Assembly: GCA_965248435.1 (NCBI GenBank)
Contig: OZ252100.1
Span: forward strand, 3,776,001 to 3,840,000
DNA length: 64,000 nucleotides
From: Candidatus Latescibacterota bacterium
GTDB taxonomy: Bacteria; Latescibacterota; UBA2968; GCA-2709665
Reading direction: 5' to 3'
Below are positions 1-9,097 of this stretch, piece by piece (position 1 is the first letter of the stretch; every line of letters starts with the position of its first letter). The notes beneath the pieces are model-generated. The model did not search any database and was not told where the DNA came from. It worked only from the letters and a program-made list of their open reading frames with translations. A program made the translations under genes and the position numbers.

Positions 1-585
1 GGACCGCCGGGCAGCTGGGACATCGACGTCGGGGGAGTCGGCCATTTCCATCCCGTGACGAATGCGCAGGGCGAAGAGGAGTGGTGGTTCAACTATGGGG
101 GAAAGAACTCCAGGTACATGCTGAGCGGCCACAAGGGTGCCGACACGCTGGAGGCATTCAAGAAGGCCTATCCCTACTTCGAGCTGTCGCCGTTTTTCAC
201 GAGCTGGGAAGACTTCTACGAAGAGACGAAGCGCTCTGCGTCGCGCCCGGGCCTTGCGCGGTGCAAGGCGTGGCGGCTGGCCCACGTGGAGCCCGAGAAA
301 TCCCGTGGTGAGTTCACGACGCGGCCGATGGTGGCCGAGGGCGCCCGATTGCTTATCAACACGGCGACGGAGGGAGGCGGCAGTGTCCGTGTGGAGGTCC
401 AGGATGCGGAGGGGAATGTCTTTCCCGAACTGGCCCTGGAGGACTGCGTGCCGTTCAGCGGTGACCGGGTCGCGCACGAGGTGAGGTGGAAGCGGGCCCG
501 GTTCGAGGAGGTGAATCGCCGGGTGATCAGGCTTCGGGTGGCCCTGGAGGGGGCCAGGATGTATACGTTCACGATGACAGCGTGA
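1..585 (+). CDS. 3' part of a beta-propeller glycosidase-like protein (paralogue of 2013..4493), truncated by window edge
   Basis: Frame open from base 1 (GPPGSWD...EEEWWF...LAHVEP...GEFTT...GSVRVEVQDAEG); clearly similar to the C-termini of 2013..4493 and 4750..7203. Confidence 0.85.
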   Translation, partial: GPPGSWDIDVGGVGHFHPVTNAQGEEEWWFNYGGKNSRYMLSGHKGADTLEAFKKAYPYFELSPFFTSWEDFYEETKRSASRPGLARCKAWRLAHVEPEKSRGEFTTRPMVAEGARLLINTATEGGGSVRVEVQDAEGNVFPELALEDCVPFSGDRVAHEVRWKRARFEEVNRRVIRLRVALEGARMYTFTMTA

Positions 586-600
586 GAAGCGGGGCTTGGC

Positions 601-654
601 CCGGGTACCGGGAAATCAAAACACGGGTACCGGGTACCGTAAAACCGGGGATCG
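601..654 (+). repeat. Family A repeat (GGGTACC heptamers + GGGAAATCAAAACAC core)
   Basis: ccgggtaccgggaaatcaaaacacgggtaccgggtaccg, about 15 nt after the stop at 585; recurs through the window. Confidence 0.9.
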
Positions 655-754
655 TAGCGAGGAAGGTAGAAAAGTGATATTGATCTAGCTTTCTTGAAGA
701 TGCGCATTGGATTGAATTATTAGCGAGTCCGACGCAGGAGGACTTCCCGCTCCT

Positions 755-784
755 CCCAGCGCGGGAATTGATTCCCGCGCTGGG
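755..784. repeat. Perfect GC-rich hairpin (REP-like or terminator-like)
   Basis: cccagcgcgggaat-tg-attcccgcgctggg, 14-bp stem. Confidence 0.7.
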
Positions 785-833
785 GGGCCCCGGGGGATTG
801 GTGCAGGGGCCCGTCCGGCGCGGGTTTTTTCGG

Positions 834-862
834 TTGACGGTCTGATATTTGGGCCGTATCTT
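834..862 (+). promoter_or_regulatory. Putative sigma70 promoter of the aldolase gene
   Basis: TTGACG-17 nt-TATCTT about 120 nt upstream of ATG 983; strong RBS GAGGAGGAGG before the ATG. Confidence 0.55.
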
Positions 863-982
863 GCCCTTCGCTGACAGCCGCAAACGGCACGATCCAACGG
901 CGGAGGAGAGGTCTTGATCTACGATGAGCCGCATGCATACGCAGTGCGGCTCTCAATATGTACAGGACGTTGAGGAGGAGGC

Positions 983-1762
983 ATGTCGTCCGATCGAATC
1001 CCGATTTCGAACCCCGTCAGGGAGCGGTTGAAGGCCGGTGAGCCGGTGTTCGGGTTCGGGGTGTGGGAATTCACGCGCCCTGCGGTCGTGAAGATCGCCG
1101 CGCAGGCCGGTTTCCACATGCTGATCCTGGAGGCAGAGCACGAACTGCACGACGAGGCCGACCTGACCGATTTCATCGTGACCGCCAACGACAACGGCCT
1201 CGTTGTGATGGTGAGCGCCCCGACGACAGAGCGGCACTTTATTTCGCGGATCCTGGATGCGGGCGCCCTGGCCCTGATGCTCCCGCACGCGGAGACGCCG
1301 GAACAGATCGAGACCGTGACTCGGTGGATGAAATATCCGCCGCTGGGCGAGCGCGCGGTGGTGTTCGGGCCCAACACGGACTTCGTCGTTCCGGACGTCG
1401 CCAGCTACTGCGAGCAGGCCAACGAGGCGACGATGCTCGTGCTCAAGATCGAATCCCGGAAGGGCATCGAGAACGCCGAAGCCATGTTCGATACGGGTTT
1501 TGTGGATGGAATCGTCTTCGGCCCGATGGACCTGTCCGTCGACTGGGGGGTGCCGGGCCAGACGGAGCATCCTGAGATCGTCGAGGCTGTGGAGAGCGTA
1601 TGCCGCGCGGCCCGGTCCCGCGGCATCCCGTTCGTGGGACACGCGGCGGATCGGGCCTCCTACAAAGCGGAGCGGGAACGGGGCGCCCAGATCTTCGGTA
1701 CGTTGAATGAGATGGAGCTGATACGGGAAGGTGCGCTCAGGTTTATGGAGATGGTCGAGTAG
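983..1762 (+). CDS. HpcH/HpaI aldolase/citrate lyase family protein
   Basis: AGFHMLILEAEH, ILDAGA, KYPPLGER, IES, DGIVFGPMDLS motifs. Confidence 0.9.
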   Translation: MSSDRIPISNPVRERLKAGEPVFGFGVWEFTRPAVVKIAAQAGFHMLILEAEHELHDEADLTDFIVTANDNGLVVMVSAPTTERHFISRILDAGALALMLPHAETPEQIETVTRWMKYPPLGERAVVFGPNTDFVVPDVASYCEQANEATMLVLKIESRKGIENAEAMFDTGFVDGIVFGPMDLSVDWGVPGQTEHPEIVEAVESVCRAARSRGIPFVGHAADRASYKAERERGAQIFGTLNEMELIREGALRFMEMVE

Positions 1763-1910
1763 ATTGCGGATTGCGGATTTGGGATTGTGGAATAAAACCG
1801 GGTACCGGGAAAGCAACACACGGGTACCGGGGATCGGGAAGACCAAAACCAGAAATCACCGCAGAGGGCCCTCACCCTGCCTCGCGGAGTTTATCCCGAG
1901 CCTGTCGAGG
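1763..1910 (+). repeat. Composite repeat: ATTGCGG heptamers + family A + CCCTCACCCTG hairpin fragment
   Basis: attgcggattgcggatttgggatt; ccgggtaccgggaaagcaacacacgggtaccgggg; ccctcaccctgcctcgcggagtttatcccgagcctgtcgaggg. Confidence 0.85.
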
Positions 1911-2012
1911 GCCTCCAAGAAAATTCAATATCCAATACAATCCAATGCACAATCACGGGATTGATTTCTCAGATACGGAACCGTGTCCATCATTGGCACG
2001 CGAACAGGAGGA

Positions 2013-4493
2013 ATGCGGGATATGAATCGAGCGAAGCTGAGATTGAAACTGGAGTACCGCGATTACTTCAAACAGGCGCTCACCTTTAGCTGGCCAAAGG
2101 GGATCAAGTCCAAGTCGGTCGATGCGACGGTGCTGGTGACGCAGCCGTATGGGTTCGAGCAGAAGCTGACCGGCAAGGCGAAACGGGTGGGTGATCGTGG
2201 CGAGGTAGTGATTACCTATCCGCTGGTGGACGAAGGGCGGTATGGTCCGGGCCTGGCCACCGATTCCGAGGGGAGAGCGATGTGGGCCCTGGGTGGCTAC
2301 CGGTTCGACATGACGCTGAAGGCGGGCGGTAGGCGGGTGGGATCGGGTGTCCTGAGGCTGGACGCGAACGATTTCTTCGGGGAGATCGGCGGGATGAAGC
2401 TGGGGCAGGTGGACTCGCTCCGGCAGTTCATCGAGTGTTGTCCGGAGCGGGCAGCGTTTATCGACAAGACAGAGGTGGCCTTCACGATCCGGACGCTGCC
2501 GGATCGGGTGAAGAGCTGCTCGGTGAAAGTGGATGTGGTGAATCCGAAGGGCAAGCGGCTTGCCGGTCCCCTGAATCTGAAGCTGAGCGGCAAGGTGCGG
2601 CGGTGCACGTTCGACGGCGCAGGATGGGGTCGCGGGGAGTTCTGGCTCCGCGTGAGGGTCCAGCAGGGCAGCAAGGCGGTCGGGCCCTACCTGGTGCGCC
2701 AGATCAACATGGAGACACCGCACCGACCGAAGCGCCCGCTGAATCCGCTGAGAGTCGGGCAGATGCCTCAGTTGATGGTTGACGGCTGGATCTTCGGATC
2801 TTCCTCCGGGCTCGAGCACGCGCCTGACCAGCTGCAGCTCGTTTCAGACGGATCGATCGCGGTGCTGGACCGTCCCTGGGAGCAGGGTCCGGATCAGATG
2901 CAGATCAACTCCTTCTCGTATGACAAGGAGGCGGGGCAGTTTCGCGCCACCTATTACGCCGGTCCGCTTACCGAGGACGAACGGCTGTGGCGGATGGGCG
3001 TGAGATCGACGATCACGGCGTATTCGATCCGGTATCTGTGTCTCACGGTTTCGAACGATGGGGTGACGTGGGAGAAGCCGGATCTGGGCATCGTGGACTA
3101 CAAGGGATCGAAGAACAACAACATCCTTAGGGACAAGTCCCGCGAAGATTTTCTGTTGTCGGGAGAGTTCGACAGCTTTCCGGCGTTCGTGAAGGAACGG
3201 CCGTTTCCGAAGAAGTACCGCTACCGGTTCTACGATCCCAAGAAGGACGGACCGATAGATATGGACAACTTCGTGTTCCGGGTCTTCCTGAAGGCCAACA
3301 TGGAGCCGGCGAAGCAGTTCCTGGGTGGATTCAAACCGAAGCACCGGGAGTTCTGGGGCTTCGAGCGGCGAGGAGACACCTTCCTGGCGCTGACGCGCCG
3401 ACCGGTCCTGACCGGCGCGCGCGGCATGAAACTTACGTCTACGAACGAACGGGCCTCCACCTATCCGTTCGAGGGCGAGCCGTTCGCGCTGTTCCAGGCT
3501 GGCGGCCGGTCCACGGCCACGTTTTACGATCGGAAGAGCAAGACGTTCATCTACTACTACCGGCCGGACGCACCGGCCTATCCGCCCATGGGGCTGCCCT
3601 TCTACCTCTGGCACAGCGTGTCGGCCATCCGGACGCGCGCGGTGATGTGGACGCGGGATGGGTTCAACTGGGAGCGGCGTCATATGACCGTGCCGGACGA
3701 GCACGACCCGCCGGGTACGACGCTCTACGGGTTCGGTTTTCTGAGGCCGGAGGGGAGGGAGCCGAGCGACACGGACGGCCAGCTTCACCTGGGCGCACTG
3801 TTGAACTGGGACCTTTCGACGCAGCAGAACCGGCAGCATCTGATGTGGAGCCGGGACCTGATCCACTGGGGGAAGTTCGGGGCGAGCCGAAAACCGCTTC
3901 TGGAAAACGGGCCGATCGGGAGCTGGAATACGAGCACGAGCGGGCTGAACGAGTATACCTCGGTCACGAATTCCGACGGAGAAGAGGAGTGGTGGTTCAC
4001 GTTCGGCGGGACGAATAGCCGGTATATGCTTGGCGGGTACCTCACCGCCGATACCCTCGAGGACTTCAAGGAGAAGCTTCCCTACTTCGAACTGGCGCCC
4101 TTCTTCACGAGCTGGAAGGACTTCTTCGAAGAGACGAAGCAGCACCGTGTAGTGCCCGGTCTGGCGAAGTGCAAGGCGGGGAGGCTCGCGCACGTGGAAC
4201 CGAAAGGATCCAGAGGAGAGTTCACGACGCTGCCGCTCGTCGTGGAAGGAGGCCGCCTGCTGCTGAACGGTCAGACCGATCCGGGCGGCAGTATCCGCGT
4301 GGAGGTGCAGGATGCGGAGGGCAATGTGTTTCCGGAGCTGGGTCTGGATGACTGTATTCCGTTCTCGGGAGACCGGGTGGCGCACGAGGTGGGATGGAAG
4401 CGGGCGCGGCTGGAGGAGGTGAATCGGCGGGTTGTCAGGCTGCGAGTCGTACTTGAAGGGGCCAGGTTATACACATTTAGGATTGCATCGTGA
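2013..4493 (+). CDS. Large uncharacterised beta-propeller glycosidase-like protein (GH32/GH43-like fold inferred) with N-terminal extension
   Basis: S-x-D-G-x-x-W motifs (SNDGVTWEKPDLG, TRDGFNW, SRDLIHW); C-terminal beta-sandwich; RBS AGGAGG, start 2013 or 2022. Confidence 0.75.
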   Translation: MRDMNRAKLRLKLEYRDYFKQALTFSWPKGIKSKSVDATVLVTQPYGFEQKLTGKAKRVGDRGEVVITYPLVDEGRYGPGLATDSEGRAMWALGGYRFDMTLKAGGRRVGSGVLRLDANDFFGEIGGMKLGQVDSLRQFIECCPERAAFIDKTEVAFTIRTLPDRVKSCSVKVDVVNPKGKRLAGPLNLKLSGKVRRCTFDGAGWGRGEFWLRVRVQQGSKAVGPYLVRQINMETPHRPKRPLNPLRVGQMPQLMVDGWIFGSSSGLEHAPDQLQLVSDGSIAVLDRPWEQGPDQMQINSFSYDKEAGQFRATYYAGPLTEDERLWRMGVRSTITAYSIRYLCLTVSNDGVTWEKPDLGIVDYKGSKNNNILRDKSREDFLLSGEFDSFPAFVKERPFPKKYRYRFYDPKKDGPIDMDNFVFRVFLKANMEPAKQFLGGFKPKHREFWGFERRGDTFLALTRRPVLTGARGMKLTSTNERASTYPFEGEPFALFQAGGRSTATFYDRKSKTFIYYYRPDAPAYPPMGLPFYLWHSVSAIRTRAVMWTRDGFNWERRHMTVPDEHDPPGTTLYGFGFLRPEGREPSDTDGQLHLGALLNWDLSTQQNRQHLMWSRDLIHWGKFGASRKPLLENGPIGSWNTSTSGLNEYTSVTNSDGEEEWWFTFGGTNSRYMLGGYLTADTLEDFKEKLPYFELAPFFTSWKDFFEETKQHRVVPGLAKCKAGRLAHVEPKGSRGEFTTLPLVVEGGRLLLNGQTDPGGSIRVEVQDAEGNVFPELGLDDCIPFSGDRVAHEVGWKRARLEEVNRRVVRLRVVLEGARLYTFRIAS

Positions 4494-4509
4494 GATGCAA
4501 GGCCTAGCG

Positions 4510-4634
4510 CGGGTACCGGGTACCGGGAAAGAAAAACACGGGCCCTCACCCTGCCTCGCGGAGTTTATCCTGAGCCTGCCGAAGGGCTCGGCATCCCTCT
4601 CCCATAAATGGGAGAGGGGCCGGGGGTGAGGGCC
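4510..4634 (+). repeat. Family A + CCCTCACC...GGTGAGGG hairpin element with nested insert
   Basis: 4510-4619 appears identical to 7220-7329; terminal IR ggccctcaccc/gggtgagggcc. Confidence 0.85.
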
Positions 4635-4749
4635 ATTCAAAGAAAATAGAAATCCAATGCATAATATCCAATTATCACGGGGGATCAATGGGGGATTTCT
4701 CAGATGGGGGTGACCGTGCTCATCATTGATGTGAGGAGGAGGAAACGTT

Positions 4750-7203
4750 ATTAATCGATCGAAGCTGAGGCTGAAGCTGGAGTACAGGGATTACTTCAAG
4801 CAGGCGCTCACCTTCAGCTGGCCCGAGCGGATCAAGTCGAAGTCTGTCGACGCGACGGTTCTCGTAACGCAGCCCTACGGGTTCGAGCAGAAGCTGACCG
4901 GCAAGGCAAGACGGGTGGGTGATCGGGGCGAGGTGGTGATCACCTATCCGCTGGTGGACGAGGGGCGGTATGGTCCGGGCCTGGCCACCGATTCCGAGGG
5001 GAGACCGATGTGGGCGCTGGGTGGCTACCGGTTCGACCTGACGCTGAAGGCGGGCGGGAGGCGTGTGGGATCGGGTGTCCTGAGGCTGGACGCGAACGAT
5101 TTCTTCGGGGAGATCGGCGGGATGAAGCTGGGGCAGGTGGACTCACTCAGGCAGTTCATCGAGTGCTGCCCGGAACGGGCCGCGTTCATCGACAAGACAG
5201 AGGTGGCCTTCACGATCCGGACGCTGCCCGATCGGGTGAAGACGTGCTCGGTGAAAGTGGATGTGGTGAATCCAAAGGGCAAGCGGCTCGCCGGACCTCT
5301 CAGTCTGAAACTGAACGGCAAGGTGCGGCGGTGCACGTTCGACGGTGCGGGATGGGGTCGGGGGGAGTTCTGGCTTCGCGTGAGGGTGCAGCAGGGCAGC
5401 AAGGCGATCGGGCCTTACCTGGTGCGCCAGATCAACATGGAAACCCCGCACCGTCCGAAGCGCCCGCTGAATCCGCTGCGTGTCGGGCAGGTGCCTCAGT
5501 ACATGGTGGACGGATGGATCTTCGGGTCTTCCTCCGGGCTTCAGCACGCGCCCGACCAGCTGGAACTCGTTTCAGACGGACCGATCGCCGTGCTCGACCG
5601 CCCTTGGGAACAGGGTCCGGATCGGCTGCAAATCAACTCGTTCTCGTATGACAAAGAAGCGGGGCAATTTCGCGCGACGTACTACGCCGGTCCGTTGACC
5701 GAGGACGAGCGGCTGTGGCATGGGGGTGCGGCGTATCCGATCCGGTATCTGTGTCTCGCGGTTTCGAACGACGGGGTGACGTGGGAAAAGCCGGACCTGG
5801 GCATCGTGGACTACAAGGGATCGAAGAACAACAATATCCTGAGGGACAAGTCATACGAAGATTTTCTGTTGTCGGGAGAGTTCGACAGCTTCCCGGCGTT
5901 CGTGAAGGAACGTCCGCTTCCGAGCAAGTACCGCTACCGGTTCTACGATGCAAAGAAGGACGGCCCGATAGACATGGACAACTTCGTGTTCCGGGTCTTC
6001 CCAAAGGCGAACAAGGAGCCGGCGAAGCAGTTCACCGGCGGGTTCAGACCGAAGCGCCGGGAGTTCTGGGGCTTCGAGCGGCGGGGGGACACCTTCCTGG
6101 CGCTGACGCGACGGCCGGTCCTGACCGGCGCGCGCGGCATGAGGCTCACGTCTACGAACGAACGGGCCTCCACCTATCCGTTCGAAGGGGAACCGTGGGC
6201 GCTGTTCCAGGCCGTCGGCCGGTCCACGGCCACGTTTTACGATCGGAAGAGCAAGACGTTCATCTACTACTACCGGCCGGACGCGCCGGCCTATCCGCCT
6301 ATGGGGCTCCCGTACTACCTGTGGCACAGCGTGGCGGCCATCCGCACGCGCGCCGTGATGTGGACGCAGGACGGATTCAACTGGGACCGGCGTCACATGA
6401 CCGTACCCGACGAACACGACCCGCCAGGGACGACGCTCTACGGGTTCGGCTTCATAAGGCCGGAAGGGAGGGAGCCGAGCGACACAGACGGCCAGCTCCA
6501 CCTGGGCGCGCTGATGAACTGGGACCTTTCGACGCAGCGGACCCGACAGCACCTGATGTGGAGCCGGGACCTGATCCACTGGGAGAAGTTCGGAGCAAAT
6601 CGAAAACCGCTCCTGGAAAACGGGCCGATCGGGAGCTGGAATACGGGCTCGAACGAGCTGAATGAGTACAGTGCTGTCACGAATGCCGACGGCGAAGAGG
6701 AGTGGTGGTTCCCGTTCGGCGGGAGGAACAGTCGGTACATGCTGGGGTACCTCACCGCCGACACTGTGGAAGATTTCAAGGCCAAGTTTCCCTACTTCGA
6801 ACTGGCGCCCTTTTTCACGAGCTGGAAGGGCTTCTTCGAGGAGACGAAGCAGCACCGCGTGGTGCCCGGCCTGGCGAAGTGCAAGGCGGGCAGGATCGCG
6901 CACGTGGAACCGAAAGGATCCAGAGGAGAGTTCACGACCCTGCCGCTCGTCGTGGAAGGAGGCCGCCTGCTCCTGAACGGCCAGACCGATCCTGGCGGCA
7001 GTATCCGCGTGGAGGTGCAGGACGCGGAGGGCAATGTGTTTCCGGAGCTGGGCCTGGAGGACAGCATTCCGTTTGCGGGAGACCGGGTGGCGCACGAGGT
7101 GGGATGGAAGCGGGCGCGGCTGGAGGAGGTGAACCGGCGGGTCGTCAGGCTGAAGGTCGTACTTGAAGGGGCCAGGTTATACACATTTAGGATTGCATCG
7201 TGA
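4750..7203 (+). CDS. Tandem paralogue of 2013..4493, apparent ATT start codon
   Basis: ATT AAT CGA TCG AAG CTG = (I/M)NRSKLRLKLEY aligns with MNRAKLRLKLEY; RBS GGAGGAGG upstream; in-frame TGA at 4732; ORF track start 4915 is internal. Confidence 0.8.
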   Translation: MNRSKLRLKLEYRDYFKQALTFSWPERIKSKSVDATVLVTQPYGFEQKLTGKARRVGDRGEVVITYPLVDEGRYGPGLATDSEGRPMWALGGYRFDLTLKAGGRRVGSGVLRLDANDFFGEIGGMKLGQVDSLRQFIECCPERAAFIDKTEVAFTIRTLPDRVKTCSVKVDVVNPKGKRLAGPLSLKLNGKVRRCTFDGAGWGRGEFWLRVRVQQGSKAIGPYLVRQINMETPHRPKRPLNPLRVGQVPQYMVDGWIFGSSSGLQHAPDQLELVSDGPIAVLDRPWEQGPDRLQINSFSYDKEAGQFRATYYAGPLTEDERLWHGGAAYPIRYLCLAVSNDGVTWEKPDLGIVDYKGSKNNNILRDKSYEDFLLSGEFDSFPAFVKERPLPSKYRYRFYDAKKDGPIDMDNFVFRVFPKANKEPAKQFTGGFRPKRREFWGFERRGDTFLALTRRPVLTGARGMRLTSTNERASTYPFEGEPWALFQAVGRSTATFYDRKSKTFIYYYRPDAPAYPPMGLPYYLWHSVAAIRTRAVMWTQDGFNWDRRHMTVPDEHDPPGTTLYGFGFIRPEGREPSDTDGQLHLGALMNWDLSTQRTRQHLMWSRDLIHWEKFGANRKPLLENGPIGSWNTGSNELNEYSAVTNADGEEEWWFPFGGRNSRYMLGYLTADTVEDFKAKFPYFELAPFFTSWKGFFEETKQHRVVPGLAKCKAGRIAHVEPKGSRGEFTTLPLVVEGGRLLLNGQTDPGGSIRVEVQDAEGNVFPELGLEDSIPFAGDRVAHEVGWKRARLEEVNRRVVRLKVVLEGARLYTFRIAS

Positions 7204-7219
7204 GATGCAAGGCCTAGCG

Positions 7220-7393
7220 CGGGTACCGGGTACCGGGAAAGAAAAACACGGGCCCTCACCCTGCCTCGCGGAGTTTATCCTGAGCCTGCCGAAGGGCTCG
7301 GCATCCCTCTCCCATAAATGGGAGAGGGACAAACAAATCGCATCACCATCCCCCCTCTCCCACGTGTGGGAGAGGGGCCGGGGGTGAGGGCCT
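7220..7393 (+). repeat. Family A + full double-hairpin CCCTCACC...GGTGAGGG element
   Basis: Two ccctctccca...tgggagaggg hairpins inside a ccctcacc/ggtgaggg IR. Confidence 0.85.
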
Positions 7394-7469
7394 TCACGGG
7401 TGAACCTTGTGTTCGCCCGCACAAATCATTCACCGAAGTACAGTTCTAAGATTACGTGAGGAGCTGAAC

Positions 7470-9035
7470 ATGGCCTTTCCGAAGTTCTTTTACAACAACG
7501 ATGGAAGCTTCTTGCTTTACTGCTCCCCGCCGATGACGCCTGAGGAATTCGTCTACGAGTCTGTGGGGCGGTTCATCGGCACGCAGGTAGACGCCGTGGT
7601 CTGTCACATGTACGGTTTCGGCGACGCGGTGCCGCTCTGGCCCACGGAGGTTCCAGGCGCCAAAGGGATCGAGCGGGAGAAGGTCGGTTTCGTGAGCGAA
7701 TGGCGGCAGCAGCAGATTATGAAGCGGTTGTGGGCCGAGGGGGTCGATCCCTGGAAGCTGGCGCTGGAGGCGGCCCACGAGGCCGGGATGCAGTACTGGG
7801 TGGGGAAGCGATTCAACGACCTGCACGGCCCACGCTACGAGTGGCGGAGCGAGTTTCGCGCCCAGCACCCCGAGTATGAGCTTGGCGATCAGTGCGGCTC
7901 GGGTCTGCACGGTCCCGGAAGCGTCTACGGCGAGCGCTGCACCGGTCTGAACTATGCGATCCCCGAGGTGCGTGCGCAGCGTCTGGCGATCGTGGAGGAG
8001 GCCTGCGCGCGATACGACGTGGATGGGTTCGAGTGGGACTTTCAGCGTGAACCAGGACACAGCGTGCCCAACCTTCCAGAAAACGGCTCGATCCTGACCG
8101 ACTACGTGCGCGAGGCGCGAAACAAGCTGAACGGCATCGGCGACCGTCGCGGTCGCTCGCTCGGATTCGGCGTGCGGTGTCCGGTCACGCTGGAGAAGTG
8201 CCACGCCATCGGCTTGGAGCTGGAGACGTGGGTCAAAGAAGGGCTCGTCGACTATCTCGCGCCCGCCCCTCACTGGGACAGCGCCACCGACCTGCCGTTC
8301 GAGGAATTTGTGGCCATCGCGAAAGGCTCGGACTGCCGCATCCTGGGCTGTACATCGGAGCAGGTCGGACCGGGTCAGCATTCCCTCCCACCCGCGGGCG
8401 CCCTGCGCGCCGGGGCGATGAACGCCTGGCAGCAGGGAGTGGATGGTGTCTACGTCTTCAACTTCCATCACCAGACGACCTACAACGTGGATGACTCCGA
8501 TGTGCTGTCACAGCTCGGAGATCCAGAGACACTGGCGTTCAAGGACAAGCTGTATATGGTGACCGGCACCTATGACGCGATGAAGCGGGTCCCTCACGAG
8601 ACGACGATTTTCGAGGGGTGGGTGCATCAGCTTCCCGTGACCCTGAAGGAAGGATCGGGAACCACGGTCCGTTTCCGTGTGGCCGATGACCTGGAGACCG
8701 CTGCGAGGCGAGGTATCCTGGATGCCGTAACGCTCGAGCTGATCGTGGTCTGCCTGACCTCGGAGGATGAGTTCGAATTCAAGCTGAACGGAAGGACGCT
8801 GCCGGAGACGCAGCTTGTCGCCCTGAACCGGCACTACCGGGTCGGCCCCGGCCCGAATGCCTATCACGGGAACTATGCGCTCCGCTACGATGTCAGGGTA
8901 GGGGACTGGATCCGGCAGGGGTGGAACGAGGTGGAGGCCGTGCTCAAGAAGCGGAATTCGGGGATCGAGACAGACTTCGTGTTCCACGATCTGAGCCTGG
9001 AAATCAACTATCGGATTCTGCCGATGCGAGGTTAG
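7470..9035 (+). CDS. GHL10/DUF187-like TIM-barrel glycoside hydrolase-like protein
   Basis: FYNNDGS, RFNDLH, LNYAIPEVR, YDVDGFEWDF, GVDGVYVFNF; RBS GAGGAG. Confidence 0.75.
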   Translation: MAFPKFFYNNDGSFLLYCSPPMTPEEFVYESVGRFIGTQVDAVVCHMYGFGDAVPLWPTEVPGAKGIEREKVGFVSEWRQQQIMKRLWAEGVDPWKLALEAAHEAGMQYWVGKRFNDLHGPRYEWRSEFRAQHPEYELGDQCGSGLHGPGSVYGERCTGLNYAIPEVRAQRLAIVEEACARYDVDGFEWDFQREPGHSVPNLPENGSILTDYVREARNKLNGIGDRRGRSLGFGVRCPVTLEKCHAIGLELETWVKEGLVDYLAPAPHWDSATDLPFEEFVAIAKGSDCRILGCTSEQVGPGQHSLPPAGALRAGAMNAWQQGVDGVYVFNFHHQTTYNVDDSDVLSQLGDPETLAFKDKLYMVTGTYDAMKRVPHETTIFEGWVHQLPVTLKEGSGTTVRFRVADDLETAARRGILDAVTLELIVVCLTSEDEFEFKLNGRTLPETQLVALNRHYRVGPGPNAYHGNYALRYDVRVGDWIRQGWNEVEAVLKKRNSGIETDFVFHDLSLEINYRILPMRG

Positions 9036-9097
9036 TTCGTGGATCGTGAATCGTTAATCGTCACCAGAAGAAAATCCCCCCTGCCCCCCTTTACAAA

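Noticed and set aside
865-980. Riboswitch in the aldolase leader
   Set aside because: Small hairpins are present, but no recognisable aptamer consensus; an Rfam search would be needed
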